From assembly GCA_963709405.1 (NCBI GenBank), contig CAVPXM010000055.1, forward strand, positions 64,001-128,000: a stretch of DNA of 64,000 bases, read 5' to 3'. Each line of letters starts with the position of its first letter. Within the stretch, counting starts at the first letter, position 1. Positions 43,093 to 54,668 of the stretch are shown in pieces. Made by a program: the position numbers and the translations under genes. Source of the stretch: an uncultured Nitrososphaerales archaeon (GTDB lineage: Archaea > Thermoproteota > Nitrososphaeria > Nitrososphaerales > Nitrososphaeraceae). Under the pieces are notes generated by a model, which did not search any database, was not told the origin of the DNA, and was given only the letters and a program-made list of their open reading frames with translations.

Positions 43093-44121
43093 TCATGTGA
43101 TGCCAACTAGACATGCCAGCTCTTTCCTACAGGCAGAACCTAAACGTTCAGCAGATTTCTCTGGAGTCACACCATTGACATAAACCCCGAAGCCCCGCTC
43201 CAATCCAGACCAGGTGTTCAGCTGTGGGTAAACCTCAATATGCCAGTGTATTTGTCGACTGTTCTTCTTTTCTGGTGATAGATGGAAAACTAGATTAAAA
43301 GGCGCATCATCCAATGCCTTAGACATTCCCCCTAATGTGGCGCGCAGCATGAGTGCTAAATCGCCTATTTCCTTTTGAGTTATCTTTGAAAACGCTGTGC
43401 TATGCCTCTTTGGATAAATCCAAAATTCGTAAGGGTAGGTAGGGGCCCAGGGTGAAAAAGTTAAAAAACTATCCGTCGCCAATATCTGTCTTGGTCCGCT
43501 CGACTCTACGCCTACAATATGGCATGCTGAACAGCTGCCATGATCGTTCATGTATTTATGATAGGCTTCTGCCTCCATCTCGATTGTTGGAGGAATTGCT
43601 GAAAACGTCACCATATTCAAATGTGGATGAGGTATGGAGGCTCCTGCGCGAGCTCCACTATTGACGAAAATTGAAACATAAGTCACACTCTTTTGTGAGT
43701 ATAACCATCTCACTCTATCTTGCACGACAAGTAATACGTTTGCCCATTGATCTATAGATATTTGAGATAAACTCTGGGTATGGTCAGGAGAAGCAACTAC
43801 AACATGATGATATCCATAGGCAGGTTCACTGTAATGCGGTTTGTCTGAAAATTCGGATAGAGATACCGTCGATACGGCGGGATTGCTGCTTTGGAACACC
43901 CTCACGCACCAATCGTCGACACAATTTTCCTCAGAATCAGATAGCCTTTGCAGCATACCGTCCTTGGCAACTAGAGCTATTAATGCAGGCTCGGTCATCG
44001 ACTCATTTCCAGGACAATAGGGACACTGATTCTGTTGAATGTCCTTATGCTCTTTCTTAACATTAACTATTGGAAGAACTACGAATTTGTCTAAAACATA
44101 ATCCTTTCTAAGATTGCTCAA
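43093..44121 (-). CDS. galT: galactose-1-phosphate uridylyltransferase family
   Basis: CPYCPGNE, GASIPHPH, HWHIE. Confidence 0.85.
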   Translation of the reverse strand: MSNLRKDYVLDKFVVLPIVNVKKEHKDIQQNQCPYCPGNESMTEPALIALVAKDGMLQRLSDSEENCVDDWCVRVFQSSNPAVSTVSLSEFSDKPHYSEPAYGYHHVVVASPDHTQSLSQISIDQWANVLLVVQDRVRWLYSQKSVTYVSIFVNSGARAGASIPHPHLNMVTFSAIPPTIEMEAEAYHKYMNDHGSCSACHIVGVESSGPRQILATDSFLTFSPWAPTYPYEFWIYPKRHSTAFSKITQKEIGDLALMLRATLGGMSKALDDAPFNLVFHLSPEKKNSRQIHWHIEVYPQLNTWSGLERGFGVYVNGVTPEKSAERLGSACRKELACLVGIT

Positions 44122-44540
44122 CTAATTTGTCATACCTCTAAACATCGTAGGATACCTTTTAATTAAAGGTTCTCTGCGAAAAAAGCTTTTAATTATTAAT
44201 CTTAAGCACATGCATAAACTGTCAAAACGAATGTGACGAAGCTACTGAATCGCCATCAAGTTTAAAGTTGCATCACTAGCGCAAGAATCAAGATGGTAGA
44301 CATACTATAATACCATGGTGTGAGTTCACTCTGCGCTGTACTAAAGAATATGGAATAAGAAATTTGATAGTTTCTGACCAGACGAGGTTAGCCACCCAAC
44401 AGATCTACGTATAATGAGCACGATTTTGTCTTTGAATCCACAAGACTGACGAATATGACCTTTCTCCACAGGAATATCTATCTTGAATATGCGTAATCTT
44501 CCATTAAAAATAAATTTCCCGCGACTATCCTTGTTTTCTA

Positions 44541-45827
44541 ATGAGTGCAAATGCGAGTAGCAGGAAATTTATTTACGTTCTTTTGGATGGCATAGGCGAT
44601 CTTCCTCATCCTGCTTTTGGAAATATGACTCCGTTGGAAGCAGCAAGGACACCAAACTTGGATTTTCTAGCCAAGAAAGGAAGTATGGGGAATGTCTTGA
44701 CTGTCGGTCGTGGAATTGCCCCTCAATCAGATATCGCAGTTTTCAATATGCTTGGATACAGCTTTCATGATGGCACCTATGTCGGAAGAGGTGTGATCGA
44801 ATCCATCGGTTCAGGAATTGAGTTCAGGAATGGGGATCTAGCCCTGCGGGGAAATTTTGCAACGGTACGCGATGATCTTCGAATCATAGACAGGAGAGCT
44901 GGCAGAAATATAAGCGAACGCGAATCCCGCGAAATATGTCTTAGTCTTGATCAAAATGTCAAATTTAGCGACGTGAATGCCAACGTTCAAGTAGTCCCTA
45001 CTATCGCGCACCGAGTTGTTATTAGATTTAGACATGCGAAATGTGCCCTCTCGGAAAATATTTCAAATACTGATCCCGCATATTCCAGAATCAATGGGAT
45101 TGGAATTGCGACACCCTCAGCTGATAGCGAATCGATCTTGCTTAGTAAGGCACAGGATAATTCTGAAGCGTCCACTGCATCAGCAAAACTACTGAATGAG
45201 TTCACTATTCAGGTCGTTAAGTTACTAAAGGATCATCCAGTGAATCAAGCACGGTCTTCATTAGGTCTAAAGCCCATAAACGGAATTTTGGCCCGGGATC
45301 CCGGTACAAAATATCCACATCTCGAATTTATGAACAAAAAATATGGATTGAATATAGGATCTATTGTGGATATGCCGGTAGAGGTTGGGATTTCTAAGGT
45401 TCTTGGAATGAAGATGTTTAGAGCGGGAGGTGTTCAGGACTACGAAACTAAGGCTCTCGTCGCTGCCGACAAATTGAGTGATTTGGACGGTATATATGTT
45501 CATATCAAAGGGCCAGACGAATATGGACATGACGGGGATTGGCAGGGGAAGAAACGCAGCATAGAAGTTATCGACAATTCCTTTTTCGGCCCGCTGTTGC
45601 GAAAGTTAGATTTTCAAAAGACTCTATTTGTAATTTCAGGAGACCATTCCACCCCTTGCATAAAGAATAATCATAGTGATGATCCAGTTCCTCTATTGTT
45701 TTCCGGAGATAACATGGAAACAGATGGCAGCGAAAGATTTACGGAATCTTACGCTAAAAAGGGTAGTAAGGGTTTAATGATGGGCGAACAGATCATTGGT
45801 CAAATAATCAAAATATTAGGAAGGTAA
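44541..45827 (+). CDS. apgM: cofactor-independent phosphoglycerate mutase
   Basis: LDGIGD, TPLEAARTPNLD, HIKGPDEYGHDG, GDHSTP. Confidence 0.92.
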   Translation: MSANASSRKFIYVLLDGIGDLPHPAFGNMTPLEAARTPNLDFLAKKGSMGNVLTVGRGIAPQSDIAVFNMLGYSFHDGTYVGRGVIESIGSGIEFRNGDLALRGNFATVRDDLRIIDRRAGRNISERESREICLSLDQNVKFSDVNANVQVVPTIAHRVVIRFRHAKCALSENISNTDPAYSRINGIGIATPSADSESILLSKAQDNSEASTASAKLLNEFTIQVVKLLKDHPVNQARSSLGLKPINGILARDPGTKYPHLEFMNKKYGLNIGSIVDMPVEVGISKVLGMKMFRAGGVQDYETKALVAADKLSDLDGIYVHIKGPDEYGHDGDWQGKKRSIEVIDNSFFGPLLRKLDFQKTLFVISGDHSTPCIKNNHSDDPVPLLFSGDNMETDGSERFTESYAKKGSKGLMMGEQIIGQIIKILGR

Positions 45828-45918
45828 GGGATCTTTCGAACAAACATAGTTTACTTTCCTAGATCTTGTTATTGCTTTAAGAGTACCTAACCGACTATAA
45901 TGTCAGAATACGGCCAAC

Positions 45919-46332
45919 TCAGCTTATGCTGCTGTTACCGATCATGCCTACTTTGCACTGCTCACACACCTGTTCATCAATGTTTGATTCAATGTCATGA
46001 TGGACGTCACAAATAATCATTGTATACCGCATATAATTACAAAGCTGCAAAAACTTCGACATAGTAAATGGAGTATACGTATTATTTCCAGCCAAATCTT
46101 GAGCTATCTCATCTATCATTCTCATAACTTCTTGAAACGAAGAGAGTTTAGAAATTAAATCTGTGTCGCCTCTGGTTCCTCTAATGTAATTGCTTACTGC
46201 GGCTTGAGTAATGCCCAAGGCCCTTGCTGCTAACTCCTCCTTCATCTTGTATTCTCGGATCAACTTCACTGCGAGAATTGCTCTTATTGCCGGAATAAGA
46301 GATTTGGCTTCTATTTCTGCAGGCAAGAGCAT
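45919..46332 (-). CDS. HTH transcriptional regulator with C-terminal Cys/His
   Basis: IPAIRA, LGITQAAVSNYIRGTRG, CDVH..CEQC. Confidence 0.82.
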   Translation of the reverse strand: MLLPAEIEAKSLIPAIRAILAVKLIREYKMKEELAARALGITQAAVSNYIRGTRGDTDLISKLSSFQEVMRMIDEIAQDLAGNNTYTPFTMSKFLQLCNYMRYTMIICDVHHDIESNIDEQVCEQCKVGMIGNSSIS

Positions 46333-46512
46333 ATTAAAAAAAACCTTAGCTTATTATATAAATCTTCTTCATAACTTGGTCTAAATACGCTCCGCCTATA
46401 TTCGAGAACCTTTCAAAGACAAAAATGTTAGCTCATATTTAAATAAGCGTTTCCTTTGAATCTACTAATTAATGAAATGCCATACACATTCATAGGAGTT
46501 TTCTGACATAAT

Positions 46513-47592
46513 ATGAAGCTTAAATTTGGATTTACACAAGGACTAAATGTTGCTCGGTTAGGATTAGATGAGACACAAATCCTTACTGCATGTCAGATAG
46601 CCGATCGATTGGATTATGATTCAGTATGGGTAATGGATCACTCCAATGTGCCTCAGTGGAAGAACGCCGTCGTCAATGATGCCTGGCTAATGTTGGCAGC
46701 CATTGGAGCTTCTACTACGAAAGTTGAACTGGGAACATGTGTTACCGATGCTATTCGGAGACACCCCTCGAGCATTGCCCTCTCTGCAATCACTCTTGAT
46801 AGAATAACGAAGGGCCGCGCCATATTGGGAATTGGTGCAGGAGAGGCACAGAACGTCGTCGACTTTGGCATAGAATTCAATAAGCCTGTGTCTAAATTTA
46901 AAGAGCAACTCGAGGTTATAGAACGGCTCTTTGAATCTGATCCAGATAACCACGTGAATTACTCTGGGCAATACTATAAATTAATAAATGCCTGTCTCCA
47001 GGCGAAATCAATTCGAAAACCTAGGCCCCCAGTTTACATAGCGGCCGGAGCACCAAGAACACTTGAATTGTGCTCTATATATGGAGATGGCTGGATCCCA
47101 ATTGGTTATACGCCAGAATTGTTTAGACATCATGCCAAATTTATTATAGAAAAGGCGCAAAAGTTAGGTAGAGATCTATCTGACTTTCAATTTGCTAACG
47201 ATGTTGACATCTACTTTACTGATGATGGAGAAGAGGCATGGGATAAGATGAAAAATGCAGTGAAGGTCAGCCTCTATAAACCAGAACTCCTTATGGTTCA
47301 TAATATTAAACAGGATTCGGAATTTGACTTCCGTAGGTACTTCACAGAATATGCTATGAATAAACCTGAGTTAATGGAACAAATGAAGAAGGCCGCATTG
47401 CAGATACCCGACTCTGTGGCAAGGACTGCGATTGGGGTTGGAAAACCTGACGATGTGATCCAAATGTTGGACAGATTCATAAAAGCAGGGACAAACCACT
47501 TTATTATTCGATTCTGGGGTTCTGGCTATTTCAAAAATATTGAATTATTTGGTAATAAAATAATTCCGTATTTTAGAGATCAGTACAAATAG
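46513..47592 (+). CDS. LLM-class (F420-dependent) oxidoreductase
   Basis: DSVWVMDH, RRHPS, TLDRITKGRAILGIGAG, DGW. Confidence 0.88.
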   Translation: MKLKFGFTQGLNVARLGLDETQILTACQIADRLDYDSVWVMDHSNVPQWKNAVVNDAWLMLAAIGASTTKVELGTCVTDAIRRHPSSIALSAITLDRITKGRAILGIGAGEAQNVVDFGIEFNKPVSKFKEQLEVIERLFESDPDNHVNYSGQYYKLINACLQAKSIRKPRPPVYIAAGAPRTLELCSIYGDGWIPIGYTPELFRHHAKFIIEKAQKLGRDLSDFQFANDVDIYFTDDGEEAWDKMKNAVKVSLYKPELLMVHNIKQDSEFDFRRYFTEYAMNKPELMEQMKKAALQIPDSVARTAIGVGKPDDVIQMLDRFIKAGTNHFIIRFWGSGYFKNIELFGNKIIPYFRDQYK

Positions 47593-47600
47593 TTTGCTCC

Positions 47601-48641
47601 TTACAAAAAAGGATCAAGCTTCGAATTCTTTACATGACTAGAACTCGATCGCTTTTGATTAGTAGCCTTCTGGAGAGCAAAAGCTTCGAAACCCATAGCG
47701 TTTAACGTAGTAGCAAATTCTACAGCGAATCCGTGAAATGTGTAGACCTTCTTTGGTTGGACCTTTTCTACTACAATTAATAACTCTCTGAAATCGCAAT
47801 GATCACTCATTGGTAAAGCATAATCTAAGCCCATCATAAACTTGTATCTATTGTTGACTGCCCATCCGCTAAATCCTATTGTTATAGCATTGTATCTGTC
47901 CTTCAAGCTTCGAATAAATTTGTTCTTGTGATTCATTAAAGGCGCAATCAAGAGCCATGGCAATCCTTTCCTGATTTTGCCCTTTCTCTCAGCATCAAGA
48001 AAGGTTGAACTTTCTTTTAGCTTTACTCCAAGAGCCCTATAAAGACTATTAATTCTATGTACTGAATCATAAACATACATGGGTTCCCAATGCTCAAAAA
48101 GTTGAGTCAATAGCTGTGCTTTACCTAACTGATAACCCATTAGCACAACCGGAATTCCTCTATCATAGCATTCTGAGATGATCTTGTTTACTAACTGCAC
48201 TAAAGATGATATCTCAGGAAAGACGTATTCAGGCCGCCCAAACGTTGATTCGATAATGAGTGTATCTGCATGTGGCAATATAGCTGGCCGCATGAAACTC
48301 CTACTCCTAGTTGAGAGATCTCCCGTGTAGTAGAGTTCATTATCGATCAATAGTCCTTTCGATCCTAAAATATGGCCGCTATGTAATAATTCAAAACCAG
48401 GATGTTCTTCCGCGATGTCACCTAGTGAATACCCCCTTTCGTTTGCAATTAAGAAGGTTTCTTTGGATGTTAATGTCACAGACCTGGTATCCTCATTGTT
48501 CGTCCTATGCAAATGATCGGTATGTGCGTGAGAAACAAAAACAAAATCTGAAATCGTCTTCCTGTTGGGATCCAGTAATATCTTCTTGTGGCCGTCCTGT
48601 GCTACCATATTTGTCTTGATGAAGTCTACAGTCCATTGCAA
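47601..48641 (-). CDS. metallo-beta-lactamase/beta-CASP nuclease
   Basis: SHAHTDH, GHILGS, YTGD, ESTFG, SDHCD. Confidence 0.85.
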   Translation of the reverse strand: MQWTVDFIKTNMVAQDGHKKILLDPNRKTISDFVFVSHAHTDHLHRTNNEDTRSVTLTSKETFLIANERGYSLGDIAEEHPGFELLHSGHILGSKGLLIDNELYYTGDLSTRSRSFMRPAILPHADTLIIESTFGRPEYVFPEISSLVQLVNKIISECYDRGIPVVLMGYQLGKAQLLTQLFEHWEPMYVYDSVHRINSLYRALGVKLKESSTFLDAERKGKIRKGLPWLLIAPLMNHKNKFIRSLKDRYNAITIGFSGWAVNNRYKFMMGLDYALPMSDHCDFRELLIVVEKVQPKKVYTFHGFAVEFATTLNAMGFEAFALQKATNQKRSSSSHVKNSKLDPFL

Positions 48642-48786
48642 TAGATAGTCGAGAAATTAAGATCACATCATTATTTTAATTTTAGGTATTAGGTTGTTAA
48701 CTTAATCAGGTAGGGATCAAATAAATTCTCTCATTTAATTCAAAAGACATACATTCATTTAATTATGAATCTATTCGTAAAATCAG

Positions 48787-49407
48787 TTGTCAGCAGATTT
48801 AAGCCAAACCCACCTCGTGATATTAATATCTGGAAGAGGGTCTAATATGAACGCCATTCTTTCAGCAATCCGATCTGGGTCCATAAAGAATGTCATACCA
48901 GAGATCGTTATATCGAATCGAGGTGATGCAGCTGGTCTTGAAATAGCAAAAAAATTTGGTATACCTGCCGTCGTTTTTCAAAATAATGATTTAAAAGGAT
49001 GGGCTTATGACGTGCAAATCGCGAATCTACTTGATTATCGCGGCTTACAAAAGCCGTCATTACTTATTTGTCTTGCAGGATATATGAGAATTTTGAGCCG
49101 ACAATTCGTAGAAAAATACAAGATGCGAATTCTGAATATTCATCCATCACTTTTACCATCATTTCCCGGATTAAATGCACAGGGCCAGGCCATTAAATAC
49201 GGAGTTAAGATATCAGGATGCACTGTTCACATTGTAGATGAAGGAGTCGATACAGGACGAATTCTTATTCAGAAGGCCGTTCCGGTTTTTAATTCCGATA
49301 CGCCTGAAACACTCTCTGCTAGGATATTGATATGGGAACATATCATCTATCCTAAAGCTATAAGTATGATTGTGCAAGGCAAGATTAGGCTTGATAACAG
49401 AGAATAA
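48787..49407 (+). CDS. purN: GAR transformylase
   Basis: SGRGSN, LAGYMRIL, NIHPSLLP, DEGVDTG. Confidence 0.95.
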   Translation: MSADLSQTHLVILISGRGSNMNAILSAIRSGSIKNVIPEIVISNRGDAAGLEIAKKFGIPAVVFQNNDLKGWAYDVQIANLLDYRGLQKPSLLICLAGYMRILSRQFVEKYKMRILNIHPSLLPSFPGLNAQGQAIKYGVKISGCTVHIVDEGVDTGRILIQKAVPVFNSDTPETLSARILIWEHIIYPKAISMIVQGKIRLDNRE

Positions 49408-49531
49408 GTATTCAATAATTTGAGGAGCCACTTAAAACGTCGATTGACGATACTATTTGTAACTCAAAGGTTTGAACTAGATTCTATCTGAAAGAAAACA
49501 AAATAAAATGGGTGGTTGCTTCCCGAATACG

Positions 49532-50387
49532 ATGACTGCGCAGATAATCGATGGCCTACATGTTGCAAAATATATAAAATCAAGCATGATGAAAAAGATC
49601 CACTCTCTCAAGGCTCAAAACATGGAACCTTGCCTTGCTACAGTTCTGGTAGGAGATAATCCTGCTTCTGCCACATATGTTAAGAACAAACAAAGAGCCG
49701 CGATAGAATTGGGAATGAAGACTAAAGATCACAAATTAAGCTCAAATTGCGCGCAAACCGAGTCTGCTAGAATTATTAAGCGATTTGAATGAAGACGCGA
49801 GTGTTCACGGAATACTTGTCCAGCTTCCACTTCCTATACATCTGGATACGTCCATTATCACGAATGCTATTGAACCACAAAAAGATGTGGATGGCCTAAC
49901 TATCGTCAATATGGGCCTGCTTATTAGTGGCAGAGGCATATTAAGACCCTGCACCCCTATCGGTATTTTAGAACTAATGGATCACTATAGGATTAACGTC
50001 TCTGGTTCTGACGTCGTTATAGTAAATAGAAGCCAGCTAGTAGGTAAACCACTCGCTTTTCTGCTCTTGGAGAGGGATGCTACTATTACAATCTGTCATT
50101 CTAAATCTAACGATATTCTTAAGAAGATCAAAGATGCAGACGTAGTCATAACCGGTGTTGGTAACAGGGAAAAGTTCACTTTGACAGGGGAAATGATCAA
50201 GAATGATTCAGTAGTCATTGATGTGGGTATCACGAGATATAAAGGTAAACTAGTTGGCGATGCAGACTATGCCTCTGTTGGGAAAAAGGCATCGTGGATC
50301 ACTCCAGTGCCTGGAGGGGTAGGTCCGATGACTGTCTGCATGTTGTTGAATAATACGTTAATTGCGGCATCCTTGTCAAAGACCTGA
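49532..50387 (+). CDS. folD: methylene-THF dehydrogenase/cyclohydrolase (frameshift near 49763)
   Basis: ASATYVKNK; HGILVQLPLP, KDVDG, PCTP, TPVPGGVGPMT. Confidence 0.93.
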
Positions 50388-50402
50388 AATTCACGAGTTC
50401 TA

Positions 50403-50999
50403 ATGACGACCGGTAATGACAAGACACGCTTGCGTAGAGAATTTCTTGAGAGACGTAATTCTTTGACTGTACCGCAAATTCGTGCATGGAGCAGTATAAT
50501 TCAGGATAAGGTTATTAATCGCTCAGAATATAAATCTGCATCAGCTATTGGAGTCTACTTCCCTTTTAACTCAGAAGTAATGACTCAAGCTATCATAGGG
50601 ACGTCTCTAGGCAAGAAAAAAATTGGCTTACCTAGGATAGTAGGAAATCAAATCAAGTTTTATGAGATTGCTTCGTTTGACTGGCTAGACCAATTGAGTG
50701 TTAACAAGTACGGCATTAAAGAACCGATTATATCTAATGACATATCAGAATCTATCAGTTTATTAATTATTCCTGGAACTGTTTTTGACTCGGAGGGGTA
50801 CAGACTTGGGTACGGCAAAGGCTATTACGATAGGTTCATCTCACATATGAAACAACTTGAGAAACCACCTTTTACTATAGGATTAGCATTTGACCTTCAA
50901 ATATTTGACGGATCATTACCATATACGAAACTCGATGAAAGAATGAATATGATAGTCACAGAACGAAGAATAATAAGTGTAAATAGAACTAACCAGTAA
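50403..50999 (+). CDS. 5-formyltetrahydrofolate cyclo-ligase
   Basis: GIKEP, RLGYGKGYYDR. Confidence 0.92.
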   Translation: MTTGNDKTRLRREFLERRNSLTVPQIRAWSSIIQDKVINRSEYKSASAIGVYFPFNSEVMTQAIIGTSLGKKKIGLPRIVGNQIKFYEIASFDWLDQLSVNKYGIKEPIISNDISESISLLIIPGTVFDSEGYRLGYGKGYYDRFISHMKQLEKPPFTIGLAFDLQIFDGSLPYTKLDERMNMIVTERRIISVNRTNQ

Positions 51000-52284
51000 C
51001 TTGGGCAATATCCTTTCGATAGTACTGATCATTATCGCCCCATGAGATCTTTGAGACTGCATCGTAGGCATGTGCAGCTGCTGAATGAAGATTTGCACCG
51101 CGTGCTGCAACTCCTAAAACTCTTCCACCATTTGTTATTAATTGGCTATCGGATTTACGAGAGGTACCCGCATGAAATACAGTCACATCTTTCCCAAGAT
51201 CTGAGTCTATTCCCCTAATTGCTAATCCGCTCTTATATCTTCCAGGGTAACCTCGCGATGCCATCACGACGCACACAGCAGATTCGTCACTCCACTCCAT
51301 TGGATCCATATTGTCAAGGGCTCCGGACAAAGTTCCTCGAATGTATGGATAAAGATCTGACTTCATTCTCATCATTATTGCTTGACATTCCGGGTCTCCC
51401 ATTCTGACGTTGAATTCCAACAAGTACGGTTTACTTGTAAACTCTTCCAGTAATAGACCAAAATATAGGAATCCTTTGAAAGGTTTAGGAAAAGTCCTGA
51501 TAGCGTTCATCGTCGGTCTAACAATTTTTTTCAATGTGGTAGCATAAATATCATCGCTAAAGAATGGTACTGGTGAAAAGCTTCCCATTCCTCCTGTATT
51601 AAAACCTAGGTCATTGTCCAGAATTCTTTTATAGTCTTTTGCAGAAGCAAGCAATTCGAAATTCTTTCCGTCAGTTAGGACTATCAACGACACTTCTTTT
51701 CCTGTTAATTTTTCTTCAACTATTATTTTGTTGCCGGCTTCCCCGAATTCCTTTTTAACCATTGTTCTGTCAATCGCTAGAAGAGCGTCATCGGGATTAC
51801 TTGATACAAATACGCCTTTGCCTGAAGCAAGCCCATCAACTTTTATAACTAGCCCCACGTTCCTACTCTTGACATAAGCAGTAGCTTTTTCACTGTCGGT
51901 AAAAACACGAAAATCAGCTGTTGGTATATTATTTTCCTTCATAAATTGTTTTGAAAAGGCTTTACTTGATTCCAGTAATGCGCCTTCCATCGAAGGTCCG
52001 AGGATAGAAAGATCTGCTGCAAGAAAGGAATCAACTAGACCTTTTGCGAGTGGGAGCTCCGGTCCAACAATAGTCAAACAGTCATATTTCTTTGCGAAAC
52101 TGATAAGATCTGATACTTGGCTAGATTCGATTGCAATATTATTATGTGTTCCGCCATTGCCAGGTGCAAAATATATCTCGTTAACAAATTTGCTTTGACG
52201 CAGCTTCCAACCTAATGCATGTTCCCGACCTCCAGAACCGACTATTAAAATATTTCTTGATTCCTCATCAGATGAATTTATCAT
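50989..52284 (-). CDS. purD: GAR synthetase
   Basis: GSGGREH, GPE, GLASGKGV, EFNVRMGDPE. Confidence 0.96.
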   Translation of the reverse strand: MINSSDEESRNILIVGSGGREHALGWKLRQSKFVNEIYFAPGNGGTHNNIAIESSQVSDLISFAKKYDCLTIVGPELPLAKGLVDSFLAADLSILGPSMEGALLESSKAFSKQFMKENNIPTADFRVFTDSEKATAYVKSRNVGLVIKVDGLASGKGVFVSSNPDDALLAIDRTMVKKEFGEAGNKIIVEEKLTGKEVSLIVLTDGKNFELLASAKDYKRILDNDLGFNTGGMGSFSPVPFFSDDIYATTLKKIVRPTMNAIRTFPKPFKGFLYFGLLLEEFTSKPYLLEFNVRMGDPECQAIMMRMKSDLYPYIRGTLSGALDNMDPMEWSDESAVCVVMASRGYPGRYKSGLAIRGIDSDLGKDVTVFHAGTSRKSDSQLITNGGRVLGVAARGANLHSAAAHAYDAVSKISWGDNDQYYRKDIAQVTG

Positions 52285-52676
52285 CTATACACTAATAATC
52301 TATGCCTCAAAATAAATCGAAGGGTCATAATCGTTGAAGACTAATGGATACCGCTCTCTTGGTTATGAAATATATACTCGTATTTATTGATGGAGTTTCA
52401 ATTATTCGATCTTTCGAGCATTTGTAAGAATTGGATTAATAACAATAATAATAACGTAGTGAAAGCTTGATATTCTGAAAAGATTTTTATGTACAGTACA
52501 TGGTTTTAGTCATGGTAATGACCAACTATGGAAAATTCTATAACTGGAGTTCATATGTAACAATCCGATATGTGTCATCAATACTGCAGTCAGACACTAA
52601 TCATGATTAGTTAGATACTGAACAGTGATATCCTAGGGTATATATAAATCTCATGTGATATGAAGTCTGCGAAATA

Positions 52677-53882
52677 TTGAGAAATATTTTTATCGTTATT
52701 ATTCTTTTTGCGGCAATAGCCAGCTTTTTGTATGTTTACGATCACTTCTTTCATTTCATAAATTATTCATATTTTGGTACAGTACAACCACCTGCAATAG
52801 AAAATCGAATTGGTATTTCTGAACCTCTTCTGGACAAGAATTCACACGTTATAGGCGCCATTGCTTCGTCGCACAACAATGTCAGCCTTGACTTGCCTCG
52901 ATTATTCAAACAATCACAAGATTCAGTTGTACAGATTGCCGGGATACATGGCATTGACGCTCAAGAGTCTGGTAGCAGACTAGGGTCAGGATTTGTTTAT
53001 GATACTAATAGACACATCGTCACTAACGGTCATGTAGTAAGCGGAAACAACATGCTTGACGTTACATTTTCGGATGGCACGATTTATCGAGCTAGATTAA
53101 TAGGATTAGACCCTTTTACGGATATAGCTGTCTTGTATGTTACAAAGGTTCCATCACAAAAACTGATACCACTGCCGTTAGGTAATTCAACAAACGTAAG
53201 GGTCGGAGAACAGGTAGCGGCTATTGGGAATCCCTTTGGTCTATCTGGGTCTCTGACAGAGGGGGTAATCAGTGGGCTTGGAAGGCTTCTTCCGTCGAAC
53301 TCTAACTCCACATCACGTTATTCTATACCAGACGTGATCCAAACAGATGCCCCAATCAATCCAGGGAATTCAGGCGGGCCTCTTCTTAACATGAAGGGCG
53401 AAGTCATAGGAATGACTTCTGCAATATATTCAAGTACTGGGGAGTTTTCTGGAGTAGGGCTTGCAATTTCTTCAGACACTATGAAAAAGGCTATCCCGCT
53501 ACTTATTACAAACGGCTCGTACGCTCATCCTTGGCTAGGGATTTCTGGAACGAATATGACTCCAGAGCTCGCGTCTGCCCTTGGGCTAAACGAGCCGAGG
53601 GGTTTCTTGGTAATTGGTGTAATACCCGGAAGCCCAGCTGCTAATGCTGGTTTACGTGGAGGAGACCAAGTTGTTAGCATAAATGGTCAGCAAGTCCCAC
53701 TAGGAGGCGACGTCATACTAAGAATAGGCGATATGCCAGTAAGAAAAATAGATGATGTGCTTACATATTTAGAGCGATATAAAATGATTGGGGATTCTGT
53801 GGACTTCACAGTTTTGCGGAGTGGGGTGGAAAGGAATATGATTGTGAAATTAACTGCAAGGCCATCCACAATAATTCAATAA
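52677..53882 (+). CDS. HtrA/DegP serine protease with PDZ
   Basis: GSGF, TNGHVV, QTDAPINPGNSGGPL; N-terminal anchor. Confidence 0.93.
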   Translation: MRNIFIVIILFAAIASFLYVYDHFFHFINYSYFGTVQPPAIENRIGISEPLLDKNSHVIGAIASSHNNVSLDLPRLFKQSQDSVVQIAGIHGIDAQESGSRLGSGFVYDTNRHIVTNGHVVSGNNMLDVTFSDGTIYRARLIGLDPFTDIAVLYVTKVPSQKLIPLPLGNSTNVRVGEQVAAIGNPFGLSGSLTEGVISGLGRLLPSNSNSTSRYSIPDVIQTDAPINPGNSGGPLLNMKGEVIGMTSAIYSSTGEFSGVGLAISSDTMKKAIPLLITNGSYAHPWLGISGTNMTPELASALGLNEPRGFLVIGVIPGSPAANAGLRGGDQVVSINGQQVPLGGDVILRIGDMPVRKIDDVLTYLERYKMIGDSVDFTVLRSGVERNMIVKLTARPSTIIQ

Positions 53883-53969
53883 GCTAGCATGGAGGTGAAT
53901 TCAATCTCCTAGAAGTTTCCTCATAACTAGAAATAAAATTAATATGTAGCCCAGGACCAAGCAATTTAA

Positions 53970-54284
53970 TTGAAGGACTATGACCACTACATTCTTTGGC
54001 TAGATTATTTTAATAGAAGTCTTTCGAGGCGTAACGGACGCAAGCTTAAAAAAGACCTTGCTGTATTCGATCCAACGCTGGAAGATCTTATCGAAGCTGC
54101 CAAGTCTGTCGGATATCAACCTCCCCTGGAGGACACCAACGATCGTGCAAGATATCCCAGAAGACCTTTTGTAAGATCAGGTTACGTAATGCTACCCAAG
54201 CAGGAAAAAAAATCTGTATTAATTCAATCAATCGCAGAAAGACTAGTACAAATGAAGAACAAAAACAGGCCGTCAAATCGCTAA
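53970..54284 (+). CDS. srp19: SRP19 protein
   Basis: W..YF..LSRRNGRK, YPR. Confidence 0.9.
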   Translation: MKDYDHYILWLDYFNRSLSRRNGRKLKKDLAVFDPTLEDLIEAAKSVGYQPPLEDTNDRARYPRRPFVRSGYVMLPKQEKKSVLIQSIAERLVQMKNKNRPSNR

Positions 54285-54374
54285 AAAGTACGAAGTCGAT
54301 CAAAATTCGGCTTAGAGAAACTATGATAGGGCAATATTTTTAAATAGAGGACAACTTTTACGTGTTTCATTGAC

Positions 54375-54668
54375 TTGTTGCTAATTGGTGAAGTGATACA
54401 TCTAGCAAAAAGTGGAAGGTATGTAGTCAAGTTATTTGAATCTGGCTATAAAATACGCAGTGGCGAGATAATTTATGATGATTCTGGAAGGCGTACAGGA
54501 AAGGTGATTGAGACCATTGGACCTGTTTCTGCTCCATATGCTTCAGTACTACCTCTTCTGGATCGGCCAAAAAAAGCTGTGGGTGAAAGGGTGTTTTCTG
54601 CTAATAATAAACAAGTCAAAATAACTCGCAGAAGGAATTTCGGGAAAAAAAGCAAACTACCTAGGTAG
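54375..54668 (+). CDS. gar1: H/ACA RNP Gar1/Naf1
   Basis: GKVIETIGPVSAPY. Confidence 0.82.
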   Translation: MLLIGEVIHLAKSGRYVVKLFESGYKIRSGEIIYDDSGRRTGKVIETIGPVSAPYASVLPLLDRPKKAVGERVFSANNKQVKITRRRNFGKKSKLPR

